DNA of 64,000 bases from a bacterium (lineage in GTDB: Bacteria; RBG-13-61-14; DATKZS01): contig CAXXFL010000006.1 in assembly GCA_963674965.2 (NCBI GenBank), positions 512,001 to 576,000 of the forward strand. The letters are read 5' to 3'. Made by a program: the position numbers and the translations under genes. The notes under the pieces were generated by a model that saw only the letters and a list, made by a program, of their open reading frames with translations, was not told where the DNA came from and ran no database searches. Within the stretch, counting starts at the first letter, position 1; each line of letters begins with the position of its first letter. Below, piece by piece: positions 39,130-52,000 of this stretch.

Positions 39130-41067
39130 CTATTTCTTGTCCCTGGTCCTCTTCGGCCTGACCTTGATCAGCGGGTCGCCCTGGGCCACCTGCGAGCCCT
39201 CGGCCACGTCCACCTTGTGCACGACCCCGTCTATGGCGCTGGCAATGGTATTGAGCATCTTCATGGCTTCCAGCACCAGAAGCGGGTCGCCCTCGGAGAC
39301 CTTGTCGCCCTCATTCACCCTGACCTCGACCACCACTCCGCGGAGGGGCGCCCGGGTCTCGCCCATCTCGGCCAGGGTCGCGATCTCCTCGGGGCTGAGG
39401 GACTTCTTTTCCTGCTCCGCCGCCTGCTTGCCCTCGGGGCGATAAAGGTACGGCTCGGGGTGATGGTTAATAAGGAGGTAAGTGAGCGTGCCCCCGTCCG
39501 ATATCCGGTGGGACGGACCCATGGACACCTGATGGTGCTTGCCGCCGTGGTCCTCGAACACGATCTGCTCGTCCTGACCGAACCCTCCCTCCCGGAACCA
39601 TATCTCGGGACCGAAAATATAGGTCTTGCCGTACTCCTCCTCGAACTTGAAAAAGTCGGCCGCGTCGCGTGGATGCTGGAGGTATAGCGCGAGGTCCTCC
39701 TCATCGGGGGGACGGCCCAGGGCCTTCTCCAGTTTCTCGCGCTCCACCTCCAGGTCGATCGGCTCGATGGACTCGCATCCTCCCTCGTTGCAAAGGGTCT
39801 TTTTCCACTCGGGGCCGAAGACGGCCTGGTAAATCTCGTCCGCCGGACGCCTGAAGGGGAAAGGCCCATACCTTTCGAGGAGGAGTCTTTTCAAGTCCTC
39901 CGAGGCGTTGACGTAACGCTTGCCGGAAAGGACGTGAGCCACGGCGGTGGTCCACAATATCTGGGAACCGGGCGTGACCGACCAGAAGTTGCCCAGCTCG
40001 ACGTGGACCCTGGGCAACTCCTTCATAAGTATCTCGGGCATGCGGTCCAGGAAGTCGCCCTTTACCGCCTGCTCGAAGCTCGAGCCCATGGCGCCGCCCG
40101 GCAGCTTGTGGATATGAACGGTGGGGTCGAAGCCCTTGAACTGCGACTCGAAGGCCTGGTAAAAGGGACGGACCTTCCGCAGCTTCGAACTGGCGGCGAT
40201 GACGGCGTCCTTATCCACGTTCGCGGCCTTGACGCCCTTGTCCTCCAGCATCATTATGGTGGTGAGCAAGGGAGGAGGGCCGTAAAAGCCGGTGAGGGCG
40301 TGGTCGCAGGCGTCCACGATCTTGGCGCCGGCCTTGACCGCGGCCAGTATCCGGCCGACGTCGTTCCCGTCCGTGTTGTGTCCGTGATAGTGGATGACGA
40401 GGTCCGGATAGGCCTTCTTGAGGGCGTCAACCAGGGAGTAAATCCGGCCCGGCTCGCCCAGGCCCGAGTGGTTCTTGATGGCCATGATTATGTCCGGTCC
40501 CGTCATCTCGAGTATCTCGCCCGCCTTATCCACGTAGAAACGGTCCGTGTGCTCGGGACCGGTCGAGAAGCAAAGGGCGGGCTCGAGGATTTTGCCGGCC
40601 CTTTGCACCTCCTCGAAGACCGGCGCCATGTTGGGCACGTGGTTGAGGAAGTCGAACACGCGCCACACGTCCACGTAGCGGGCGAAGTTACGCACGGTCA
40701 GCCTGATCACGTTCTCGGGGTAAGGCCTGTATCCGAAGAGGTTGACGCCGCGGCACAGGGTCTGGAACATGGTGTTGGGCATCTTGCGGCGGAGGAGCTT
40801 GAGCCTCTCGAAGGGATTGATCTGTTTTCTGAGCATATCCACGTGTACGGACGCTCCCCCCGTTATCTCGAGGGAGAAGAACCCGGCGGCGTCTCTTTCC
40901 TCGGCGACCAGGAGGTCGGTATGCGGCAGTATCCGGTTTTTGAAGTCCGACTGAGAGGCGTCTCTGGCGGTGTTGGTGATGAAGTATCCTTCGGTCTCGC
41001 GCAGTTTTCTTATGGCCCCGGCCGGGTCCGCGCCGGGCAGTATCCTGTCTTTAATATTAATATCCAT
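39130..41067 (-). CDS. pycB: Pyruvate carboxylase subunit B (carboxyltransferase plus biotin carrier)
   Basis: RDASQS, EITGGA, RGVNLFGY, H.H, PGG and VTPGSQ; C-terminal EAMKM. Confidence 0.85.
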   Translation of the reverse strand: MDINIKDRILPGADPAGAIRKLRETEGYFITNTARDASQSDFKNRILPHTDLLVAEERDAAGFFSLEITGGASVHVDMLRKQINPFERLKLLRRKMPNTMFQTLCRGVNLFGYRPYPENVIRLTVRNFARYVDVWRVFDFLNHVPNMAPVFEEVQRAGKILEPALCFSTGPEHTDRFYVDKAGEILEMTGPDIIMAIKNHSGLGEPGRIYSLVDALKKAYPDLVIHYHGHNTDGNDVGRILAAVKAGAKIVDACDHALTGFYGPPPLLTTIMMLEDKGVKAANVDKDAVIAASSKLRKVRPFYQAFESQFKGFDPTVHIHKLPGGAMGSSFEQAVKGDFLDRMPEILMKELPRVHVELGNFWSVTPGSQILWTTAVAHVLSGKRYVNASEDLKRLLLERYGPFPFRRPADEIYQAVFGPEWKKTLCNEGGCESIEPIDLEVEREKLEKALGRPPDEEDLALYLQHPRDAADFFKFEEEYGKTYIFGPEIWFREGGFGQDEQIVFEDHGGKHHQVSMGPSHRISDGGTLTYLLINHHPEPYLYRPEGKQAAEQEKKSLSPEEIATLAEMGETRAPLRGVVVEVRVNEGDKVSEGDPLLVLEAMKMLNTIASAIDGVVHKVDVAEGSQVAQGDPLIKVRPKRTRDKK

Positions 41068-41081
41068 GTCTTTTATCCTTC

Positions 41082-42536
41082 TTACATGGCAAAGGGGTTC
41101 TTTTTATTATGGTGGATGGCCGCCAGGAGCTTGCCCAGCTTGGCCCCCTCCCTGACCTGGTCGCGGTAATCGAACAGCTCGGGATGCCGCTCGATGTACT
41201 CGGTGTCTATCTTGCGCTCGAGGAACTCGGGCTCCATAACCAGTTTCTGGTAAAAGGGGATGGTGGTCTTGGGTCCCGCGATGACGAATCCCTTCAGGGC
41301 CCGCTCGAGCCTGCTGGTGGTATCGCTCCAGGTGAAACCGTAGACCGTCAGCTTGACCAGCAGGGAGTCGTATTCCTCGGGTATGCGATAGCCCTGGTAG
41401 ACCATGCCGTCAAGCCTGATGCCGGGTCCGCCCGGCGAGTTGTAGACGGCCACGGTGGTCCCGCTGTCGGGCGCGAAGTCGCGGCGGGGGTCCTCGGCGT
41501 TGATCCGCATCTCGATGGCGAAGCCCCGGCAGAGGACGTCGGACTGCATGACGTCGAGGGGCATGTCCTGGGCCACCCTTAATTGGCGCCTTACAATGTC
41601 GATGCCGGTAATGGACTCGGTCACCGTGTGCTCGACCTGGAGTCGGGTGTTGATCTCGAGGAAGTAGAACTTGTCGTCCGAATCAAGGAGGAACTCGACC
41701 GTGCCGGCGTTGGTGTAGCCGGAATGGCGGGCGTAAAGGAGCGCGGTCTCGAGGACCTTGGCCTCCAGCTCGGGCGCGATAAGGCCTGGGGCCACCTCGA
41801 CCAGCTTCTGGTGGCGGCGCTGGATCGAGCAGTTCCTGGCCCCGAGATGGATTATATCTCCGTGATGGTCGCCTAGAATCTGGACCTCGAGATGGCGGGG
41901 CTTGACCAGACCCTTCTCCAGGTAGAGCCTGTCGTCGTTAAAGGCGCTCTTGGCTTCCCTGCGGGCCAGCCCGATCTGGTCCTTAAGCTCCTTTTCATTA
42001 TCCACCCGGCGGATGCCGCGGCCGCCGCCGCCGGCCACCGCCTTGATCATCACCGGGTAACCGACCTCCTTGGCGAACGACAGGGCCTGACTCAGGCCGT
42101 CATCCCCGGAAGGAAGGATGCCGCTCCCGGGTATCACGGGCACGCCGGCCTCGATGGCCAGATTGCGGGCGATGGTTTTGTCTCCCAGGCTTTTGACCAC
42201 CCTGGAGGGAGGCCCGATAAATATTATGCCCTCATCCTCGCAGGCGGCGGCCAGGTCGGGGTTCTCGGCCAGGAAACCGTAACCCGGATGAAGCGCCTGG
42301 CACTCCGAGCGTTTGGCCGCCCAGATGATGCGGTCAATGTCCAGATAGTCCTTTTTCGGGCCGGGACCGATCCAGATGGCCTCGTCCGCCGTGTGGATGT
42401 GCCGTGAATACTGGTCCGGCGTCTCGTAAATGGCGACGGCTTTGAGGCCCTCTTCCTGTACGGCTCGGCAGATTCTTATGGCTATCTCGCCGCGGTTGGC
42501 CACCAACACTTTATTAATTTTTCCTACTCTTCGCAC
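41082..42536 (-). CDS. pycA: Biotin carboxylase (pyruvate carboxylase subunit A)
   Basis: ANRGEIA, HPGYGFLAEN, GGGGRG, CSIQRRHQK and EINTRLQVEH; adjacent to pycB. Confidence 0.88.
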   Translation of the reverse strand: MRRVGKINKVLVANRGEIAIRICRAVQEEGLKAVAIYETPDQYSRHIHTADEAIWIGPGPKKDYLDIDRIIWAAKRSECQALHPGYGFLAENPDLAAACEDEGIIFIGPPSRVVKSLGDKTIARNLAIEAGVPVIPGSGILPSGDDGLSQALSFAKEVGYPVMIKAVAGGGGRGIRRVDNEKELKDQIGLARREAKSAFNDDRLYLEKGLVKPRHLEVQILGDHHGDIIHLGARNCSIQRRHQKLVEVAPGLIAPELEAKVLETALLYARHSGYTNAGTVEFLLDSDDKFYFLEINTRLQVEHTVTESITGIDIVRRQLRVAQDMPLDVMQSDVLCRGFAIEMRINAEDPRRDFAPDSGTTVAVYNSPGGPGIRLDGMVYQGYRIPEEYDSLLVKLTVYGFTWSDTTSRLERALKGFVIAGPKTTIPFYQKLVMEPEFLERKIDTEYIERHPELFDYRDQVREGAKLGKLLAAIHHNKKNPFAM

Positions 42537-42719
42537 GATACTCCCCTTTTTTCAAGGACTTGCCTTGAAAAACAACGAACCTAATAATTTTAATAAGCAA
42601 TGCTACCGGGCAAGAAATATGATCAAAGCCGGAAGAACGAATTGATATTGATTTTAGTACAAATCATCCGGACGTTCAAATCTCGCGCTAAAAAAACTGA
42701 TTCTTGGCGGCGAAGCCGC

Positions 42720-42843
42720 TTTGGACTGCGGTCGTTTGAGACCGCTTTAGATGGCCTTGGCTTGACAAGGCCAATAAATACAACGCCTTTCCTCGCGTCA
42801 AGCCGCTCGGAAGCAAAGCGGAGTCGAGCCGCCGCACTCCAAA
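42720..42843. repeat. REP-like nested palindromic element
   Basis: Arms TTTGGACTGCGG...CCGCTTT (42720-42748) and AAAGCGG...CCGCACTCCAAA (42815-42843); inner inverted repeat GGCTTGAC/GTCAAGCC. Confidence 0.65.
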
Positions 42844-43023
42844 TCTGGACTTTTATAAGAGGCGCAATAATTACCAGTAAAAGCCGCCGTACAAAATATA
42901 GCGCCCGGAAATATAATCGTTACAACGCCGCGACACTAATAACAATATACATTACTAAGAGACTGATATATCAAAGGAAAGGACGGCCGATTGGCCGCCA
43001 TTTCCCGGTAAAGGTCCAAGACT

Positions 43024-46000
43024 TTACTGGGCCACTATCGTGACTATCCTGTCTTCGGTGATGGCGGCACAATATCTTCCAAGTCCTCCGCTCCCGCACT
43101 CGGGGGTCGAGGCCTTGAGGTAAATGGTACCGGCGGCCGTGGCGCGAAGCACAATGGTGGACCGTCCGCCAGAGGCTATGGCGCCGGAGATATCGTAACG
43201 TCCCGAGCCGGAGTCGCCCTCCCCTCCCAGAATTACCGCCGAGCCCGTAGAGCCGGCGCCGTCAATCTCGAATACCACGCCAAAGCCGGCCGTGTAGTTG
43301 GGATAATCGTTCTTTACGCCAATGGTGACCCGAACGGTCGAGCCCACGTCGACGTTAACGATTGAGTCTCCCACCAGCTCGAGGGAAGTGGGTCTTCCAG
43401 GCACGGAAGAAACGCTCTGCAGGGAGGCCATCTGTCTAAGGAGAGAGAGGTCCAGGGACGAGACGATCTCGTCCATGTCCAACTCCTGGGTGTCGCCGTT
43501 CGGTGGAATAACTCCCGTATAGGAAACCGAACTCAGGGCTATCCTGGACTTGAGCGTATTTACGTCGAGGGGGGACAGGAGGCCGTCGGCGGAGGTCGTG
43601 TTGCCGGAATCGGTCCAGTAGAAACACCCCGGCCCGCCGGTCACGTTCTCGTCCCACAGGTCCGTGTCGTTGTAGTACTCATGGCAGTTGGGGTTCCCGT
43701 CCGCGTCGAAGTCGGCCGAGCATCCGTCCGAGTCGTCAAGCGGATTCAAGTTGTTCGAGTGACCCGAGGAATTGGCAACCTCGAAGGGGTCGGGCAGATG
43801 GTCGCCGTCCGTGTCCCAGGCGGTTGATCCGGTCCCGTAGGTCACCGTCTCCTCGTAGTCGTCGAGTCCGTCGTCGTCGGAGTCGTCGTCGCAGGGACTG
43901 CTCTCGGTCGAGTCCACCACTCCGTCGGCGTTTAGGTCCTCGCCCTTGGCGCAAAGAACGGTGTCACCGTCCATTACCGAGGTGTTGCCGTCACAAAGGC
44001 CGTCATCGTCCGAGTCGTAGTCCTCCGAGTCGAGACATCCAACGCCGTCCTCGACCGAGTCCTCGATGCCGTCGCCGTCCGTGTCGACCCCACCCACCGG
44101 CGTCATGCTGAAGTCGTGCCTGGTCGTCTCGCCGTCGGAAACCTCGAGGTCCTCGACCAGGTAGGTCTCATAGCCGTCAAGCGCGGCGAAAATGTAATGG
44201 TTGCTCGCCTGCACCAGGCGGATGGAGAACTCGCCCTTGTGGTCGGTCGAGGCGGATTTGCCCGAAATCTCGAGGCTGAGGCCGCCCAGGGGATCGCCGT
44301 GCTCGTCCGTGACCTTGCCCAGCAGGACTCCCGTGCTGGCGAAGGGCGAGAGCACCACGTTCTTGGTCGAGGTCGAGTTCTCGTTAATGACGGGACAAAG
44401 CTCGGTCTTGCTCGAGTAGTTGGTGGCGCTGTAGCTGCACAGGTATCCGCTGCCCGAGGGCACGGTGCCGTTTATGTAGTATTGGCCGCCGCCGCTGGTA
44501 TAGACGATGGTCCCGGTGGTGGGCATCTGCCAGATCACCTGGACCCTGGCGCCCTGGACCCCGAACCCGGTGGCCAGGTCCGTGACCTTGCCGTTAAGGG
44601 AGCCGAAGGTCCCGGACTCCTGGTCCACGTAGAGGCTGTAGGAGGTCCCGGCTCCGTAGCCGCTCAGGCTGTGCCGAACCATGGCGTAATAGGTGGCCCC
44701 GTCCGCCACGAAATAGATATAGGACTCGGACTCGTGGAAGTCGTCGTTAAAATCGACCAGGTCGAGGGTCGAGCCGTTCAGCTTGTAAAGCTCCATGTAG
44801 GTGTCGCAGTTCTCGCCCAGGTTGCCCGTGTAAACCACGTAGGGGTTGCCCTCGTTGCCGTAAAACACGATCCAGTCCTCATCCACGTCGGAGTGGAAGT
44901 TATGGAGCTGGCCGGTGCTCGAGCCCACGGTGATCGAGCTGGCCTGGGTCTCGTCGTTGTCCGGCTCGTAGGCGTCCATGCCCCTCAGCGTGATGTAGGT
45001 AGTGGCCGGGTCGCTCAGGTTGCCCGCGCTGTCCTTGGCGTAAACGGTGACCGTGTAGTCGCCGTTGATGGTGAAGATGTTGTCCGACTGGGTCTGGGTG
45101 AACACGTGCTCGTAGCGGTCGTCGCCGTCGGGATCGGTCAAGTGCACGATCGGTATCAGGTCGTCCTCTATCTTGGGCGTCTCGAAGCTCTCGTCGATGG
45201 TGGGGGCCTCGTATCCTGGAGGCGTGATGACGGCGTAAACGCCGGCGATGTCGTTGAAATTCATCACGTCCACCCAGATGGTGGCGGTGTCGCCCGAGTC
45301 GATCTCGACCGAGGGGCTGGCCTGCAGGTCGGGCGTCTCGTCTCCGGTGAAGAACTCGGACCCGAGGTACTTGCCCTCCGAGTAGGCCCCGTCCCGGTCG
45401 GCCCCGGAGGCCACGTAAACGCCGTCGCCGTTGTCGTCCAGCCGCGGCGACTGTCCCGACCATCCCTTGATGGCGGCCGCCGCCAGGTTGAAGGAACTCT
45501 TGATGTCCTGGCCGGCCATGACGTTATTGAGGAAGAACTGGCTGAAGCTGACCGTGCCGTTGACCGTGAAGAAGGCCGGGCTGGTGGCCGAGGCGCTCGA
45601 GATAACGATCCGGTCGGCCGAGCCCGAGCCCAGGTTGTCGATGAAGCTGCCCGAGTAGCAGGCGTCGTAAATGACGTTGACCCGGCAGGGATGGGACGTC
45701 TGAATATCGTCCAGCCACCCGTCCAGGCTGTCGGCGGAAAGCACCACCGGAGTGACCGTTTCGCCCACCACTATCCTGTCCACCAGGAAGCTGTCCACCC
45801 CGCCGTGGTCCAGGAGGTACACGGTAAGAGGAACGTCAGGATCGCTGGACACGGGAGAAGTGGGACCGTTGAACCAATGGCCGTCAACCGTCCCGCCCTC
45901 GGCCGCGGCCCAGCCGGTGATGGCGTACCTCATATTGTCCAGGCTGGGCAGGGCGTCCACGTCGTTGTAGTAGCCGTCGCCGTTGCCGTCGAAGGTCTGG

Positions 46001-49000
46001 GTCTTGTTCGGGTTCATGTAGAATATCTTGTCCGGCGTGAAGCCCCTCGAGATGAGGGTCTTGTACGCGAAGTTGGCCAGGTAGTTGATGTTGTTGACCA
46101 GGCGGTTGTCGTCCAAAAGGCCGCCGCCCGCCACGATCACCGCTCTGCCCACGTCCTCGGTGATGGTGATCTTGGCGCTCACCACGTCCGCGGGAGTGGA
46201 TGAATCGAGCACCGAGATGGTGTACTCGCCGTAAATCGATCCCGCCTGGAACATGAAGGTGTCGCCGTCGCCGATCGAAATCATGCCGCCCAGGGCGTAC
46301 CACTCGTAGGGAGCGGTCCCGCCCACGACCCTGAACTCCTGCGTCTCGCCCGGGGCCAGGCCCACGGCCTGCGGCTGTATCTGGAACACCAGCTTGGTCA
46401 GCTTCACGTCGGCCGCGAAGCTCACGCCCCTGGTGTCCACCACGGCGACCAGGTAAGAACCCGGATCGGGTCCGGGCGCGTAATGAAGGGTCGTTCCCTC
46501 CACGACGGCCGTCCCGCCCGTATAGGACCAATCGTAGGGAGGTATGCCGCCGGTGACCTTGAAGTCCACCGTGTCGCCGTTGGTGGGTACCTCGACCACG
46601 GACGGCGTGATAACAACCAGTCCCGGCTTGTCGATGGTGAAGACCAGGTTGCGGTCCAGGGCCCGCCCGGTCGAGGCCACGTCGTCGGCCAAGATGGACA
46701 GGCTGTGGGTGCCGAGTTTGGAGCCGGCCTTGACCTCGACCAGGTGGTCGTCAAGGCCCTGTTGGGTAAGGTCGATGGTCACGGTGTTGCCGGTCCAAAC
46801 CTCGTTGTAATCGACGCCCAGTGCCAGGACGTCCTCGTCGAGGGCCAGGACCGGGTAAGCGGGAGTATCTATTCCCGAGGTCTTATCGTACAGGACCACC
46901 TGCACGGTGATAGTGTCGCTGAGGATCACGTCCCCATCGTAAGGCGATGCGCTTATCAGTTGGGGACCGACAATGTCCATCTTGCTAACGTCCGAGGAGA
47001 CGGGAGAGGCGGAAACTCCGCCCTGGTTGACGGCGATGACCGTGGCCACCACCGAGTCGCCGTCGGAAAGGAGAAGACCCTGCGCCGTGACCTGGCAGTA
47101 GCCCACCGTGCAGGAGTAGCCGACTCCCGTGTAGCCTAGGTACTCGGTCCCGCCCGGCGCGGCGCCGATGGCGTAGAGGTAGCCGACCTCGGAGTCGGGG
47201 TCGGTGGCCTCGTCCCATCCGATCCAAAGGGTGCTTCCCTCGCTGAGCCAGTAGCTCTCGAGCATGACCGACATGCCGTCGATTACCGGAGGTGAAACGT
47301 CGATAAAGGTCGAGCAGTCGGGTATAGCCGGTGATTCCTCCACGTTGCCCGCGCGGTCCACCGCGATGGTGGAAAACTCGTAAGTCCCGTTGGCGGTCGA
47401 GCCGAACAGGAAAGAGCCCGAGGAGCCCGAGTCGGTGGAGCCGAAAAGCGTCATCTCTCCTCCGTCATGGCTATACCACAGACTGACCTCGGCGCAGTCC
47501 TCGTCGGCCGTCCAGGTGACGGGGAAGGCCACGTCGCCGCCGTAAGGAGGGCTCGAGGCCGAGGACGACGGGTCGGTCCAGTCCACGATGGTGGTGGCCT
47601 CAGCCGAGCTCTTGGGCGGCTCGACGTGTATGGGCGAGAAGAAGCCTCGCGTATAGAACCGGTACGTGCCTTCTCCGTATTGCGGCACGTACTGGAATTC
47701 TCCAAATTCCTGCCTGGCCGTGTAGCCCGAATTCTGGAACAAAGACCCGTTCCAGCTCACGTATAGAGTGACCAGCGAGGTGGGCTCGGTGGTGTTGGCG
47801 AATATGACCCAGACCGTGTTGCCGTTCTCATAGGGCTCGGATGAGCAGATCGTGACGGGGTCGCCGTTGGCCGTGAACATGTCCGAGCCGTATGTGTACT
47901 CGTCGCCGTCGTTTCGGCCGTCGTCGTCCATGTCCGGGTCCAGGGGGTCGGATAAAACCGGATAATTGACTTCAACGTAGTCGCTAAGGCCGTCGCCGTC
48001 CGTGTCAACCTGGTTCGGGTCGGTGCCGTAAGTAATGATTTCCTCGCCGTCCCATAGCCCGTCGCCGTCCGTGTCAGGGTCGTTCGGGTCCGTGCCGTAG
48101 GCGGCCTCCGCCGCGTCGGGCAGGTAGTCGCCGTCGTTGTCGAAACCGACCTGGTCGAACATTATGCCGTCCAGCGTGTTGCCGACCACGAACCAGGCCA
48201 CGCCGTATACCGATCCCGTCCACTCGATGGATGGATAATAGGCGTTAGCGGAATCTCCCGAGATGGAGATGGGATAGCCCATCTGGAAGCCGCCCACGTG
48301 GACTCGGGACAAGAATATCATGTCGCGTCCGGAGTCGCTCTCCCATTGGAAATAGGCGATCCCGAACTCGTGATTCCCGGCCGTTATGTCCGCGTCGCCG
48401 CAGTTGTAACTATACCCCTCTGACACGGTGAACGGCGTCTCAAGGGTGTCGCCGTCGGCCGAAATTCCGACGAATTGGACGTTACACCACATGTAATCGA
48501 TGTATTTGAAGGCCAGCCCAAAAAGGCCATCGTCGTGCCAGGCTAGGGACGGCTCTCCATGGTATGAAAACATCGCGGAATGAGTAATTTGTTGGCCGAG
48601 CGACAAGACGTTGCCAGCGTCGTCGATCCTTGTGAAATAAATCTCGACCGTAGACCCTTCTCCAGGCATGTCCCACTCGTAAGCCACGCCGAACTCACTT
48701 CCGCTCCATGCGATCGTCGGCGAGTGGGCCCCACCGTAGGGGGCGCTGGAGGTAAGCTGCACTCCCGGCATTAAGGTGTCGCCGTTTTGATCGAGCCTGG
48801 TGAAGAACAACTCCTCGTTCCCGTCGGCCAACCAGTTTATATAGACCGCGCCGTACTCCGATCCGGTCCAGGCGACGTCGGGGTAGGTCTCTAAATCCAT
48901 GGCGTCGTTGGCAAAGGGCTTCTCGGGCCCGGCCGTGTCGCCATACTGGTCAATCTGAATGAAATAGGAGTCATCGCCTCCTCTTTCCCATACCAGGGCA

Positions 49001-52000
49001 AACTCCGAGCTTCCCCAGGTCAATTTCGGGTTGACGTCGTCCATGATATGCGAGGTGATGGTGGTCCCGCCCAGCACGGTGTCGCCGAACTCGTTGATCC
49101 GGGCGAAAATAATATTGTAGTCATAGAGGGCGTCCATCTCGGTCCAGGCCACTCCGTACTGGGAGCCGGTCCAGGCCAGCGTCGGGGCCCAGGCGTCGGT
49201 AGCGGTGTCTCCCGAGGAAACCAACAGCCGCTTGCCGAAGGGCGCGAAGCCCGCGTCGTCATAAGGGTCCTCGGGGTCGCGGCCGCCCGCTATCTCGCTT
49301 CCGTCAAGCTCGCCGCCCATGTCCGTGTCGGGCGAGAGCGGGTTGGTAAAGTATCCGTACACGTGCATGACTTCCTCGAAGTCAGTAAGGTCGTCGTGGT
49401 CCGTGTCCTCGTCGGTCGGGTCGGTCTCCGAGTTGTAGACCTCGAAGCCGTCGCCAAGGCTGTCGTCGTCAGTGTCCCAGTCGTTGGGATCGGTCCCGTT
49501 AAGATACTCGTTCAGGTTGCTAAGGCCGTCGTAATCAGGGTCTCCCGAGGCGTCGTATAAATTCGGATTGAGCCCGTTCTCGACCTCCCAGCCGTCGGGC
49601 ATGTCGTCGCCGTCCGTGTCCCAGTTAATGGGATTGGTCATGGTGTCGTAAAGTTCCTGGTAGTCGGTCAGCCCGTCCGCGTCCGTGTCGGGGTCGCAGG
49701 GATCGAGTTGGGGCCGGTTCGTAAACTCGAACCAGTTGGTCAGGGTGTCCCCGTCCGCGTCGAGCATGTTGTCCACCGTGTTTATCATCAAACAGCCGTA
49801 CATGTACTCGTAGCCGTCGGGCATTCCGTCCGCGTCCGTGTCCTCGTAGACGCACGGATTGTGGCCGTTCTGGTACTCGAAGAGGTTGGTGTAATAGTCG
49901 TAATCAGCGTCCAGGTCGGAGTCGAAATAATTGGGATCTATGTAACAGGACGACCCGACCATCACCTCCCAGCCGTCGTCCATGCCGTCGTCGTCCGTGT
50001 CCCAGTCATAGGGGTCGGTCTCGTAGTCGTTTATCTCCTCCGCGTCCGTCAGCCCGTCGCCGTCGGTGTCGGCGTTGGTCCCTCCCATGCCGACGCGGGC
50101 GAACCATATCTCGTCCTCAATCCTGCCGTCCCTCCAGGCCACGCCGTACTCGGAGCCGTTCCAGTCCAGGGACGGGGCTTGGGACGTATCCACGTCGTCC
50201 TCGCTCACCTGTATGGGCGCGCACAGAGTCGATCCCGCGAGGTCGAGCTCGATGAAGAAAATCTCCTTGTAAGTTGTAGGCCGGAACTCGTAGGCCAGTC
50301 CGAACGCGGAGTGGCCATAAACCAGGTCGGGCATGGTGGGTTCATATAAACCGCCGCTATAGGTGATCCTTAAATTGGGGCCGATGGTGTCTCCGTCCGC
50401 TCCGACGCGAGTGAAGAATATCTCTCCGTACCAGTCACGATAATCCTCCCAGGCCGCGGCGTACTCATCGCCGGTCCAGACGAGTTTCGGGTTCTCGGGG
50501 CATTGCGTGGTGGCCCCCCCGCTGAGACTTATCTGAGGGCCGATGGTGTCGCCGTCCGCCGCCAGACGCGCGAACTTGACGTCCAAGGCCCCCCAATCCT
50601 CCCAGGCCAAGCCGAACTCCCCGTCGGCCCAGACAAGGGAAGGAGCTTGCGCGTCTCCGGAGGAATTGGAAACGATCCTTACGCCGTCCACGGTGTCTCC
50701 GTTAACGGCCACCCTCTGGAACAATACCTCCGTGTTCGCTCCTAACCGATATTTCTGGTAGGCCACGCCGTACTCGGACCCGGTCCAGGCGATGGAGGGA
50801 TAGCCGATGGATTCGATCGTCAACTCGGAGATGGCGGCCGGGCTTATTATGGTCGAGCCGTCCACGCCCACGCGGGTGAAATAGATCGAGTCCTGGGAAG
50901 CCGAATATTTCCAGCTCACGCCGAATTCAGACCCGGTCCACACGGCGTCCGTATGCGCTTGGGTGTCGTTCTCCAATTTCAGTCGAACGTCGGGGCCCAG
51001 GGTGTCCCCGAACATGTCGAGACGCTCGAAAAACACGTTTAAGTCGCTATCGCCTCGATTGTCCTCCCAGAACAGGCCGTACTCCGTGCCCCTCCAAAGC
51101 AGGGTCGGGTTAATGGCGTAGGCGCCGGCGTAGGTCACGCGCACCTCGTCCCCAATCCTTCCCATGTCGCCGGGATAGGGGGTGATGTCCGGGTCGAGCG
51201 GGTTGGACCCGTTTAATATCTCGATCCCGTCGTCCACGCCGTCGCCGTCGGTGTCGTTATCATAGGGGTCGGTGCCCGCGTTGCTGGGGCCGTTATACAC
51301 GCCCGTGTCGGTCTCGACCGCGTCGGGAGCGGAGTCGGAGTCGCCGTCGTCGTTCCAGACCATGGGGTCGGTCAGCCAGAAATAGACTTCCTTGCCGTCG
51401 TCGAACCCGTCGTCGTCGGAATCAATATCGTCCGGATAGGTGAGGTAAAGGTTCACCTCGTCGCCGTCGGTCACGCTGTCGCCGTCGGTGTCGCTCACGC
51501 AGGGAAGGGCGTCGTTCAGGAACTCATCGATATTACTTAGGCCGTCAAAGTCGTAATCCCAGGTAGCGTCGTAGTATGTGGGGTCGAGTCCGCAGATGGA
51601 TCCGTAATTTACCTCCCAGCCGTCCTCCATGCCGTCGCCGTCGCTGTCCTCGTCGCAGGGGTTGGTTCCCGACGCCAACTCGTAAATATTGCCGAGCCCG
51701 TCCGTGTCCCCGTCAAGCAGGGAATCACCCACCGTCGGATCGAGGCCGCAATACATGTAGAGATATTCCCAGTCGTCCCCCATGCCGTCCCCGTCGCTGT
51801 CCTCTTCGCAGGGGTTCGTGCCCAGCATGTATTCCTGCATGTTGGTCAGGGAATCCTCGTCTCCGTTGCTTGCCGAGTCGCCGACCATGGCGTTCACGCA
51901 GCCGTACATGGACTCCCAATGGTCGTCCATGCCGTCGCCGTCCGTGTCCGCCATAGTGTAATCGGTGCCGGCCAAGTCCTCGAGGAAGTCGCTTAGGCTG

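Noticed and set aside
42585-42615. TTGC-containing sigma-54-like site upstream of pycA
   Set aside because: GG-to-GC spacing is not 10 nt.
44116-46203. 695-aa plus-strand ORF and many similar long antisense ORFs (e.g. 1254..2678, 18732..20378, 28618..29895, 39934..41169)
   Set aside because: Typical high-GC codon-bias shadows opposite well-supported genes.
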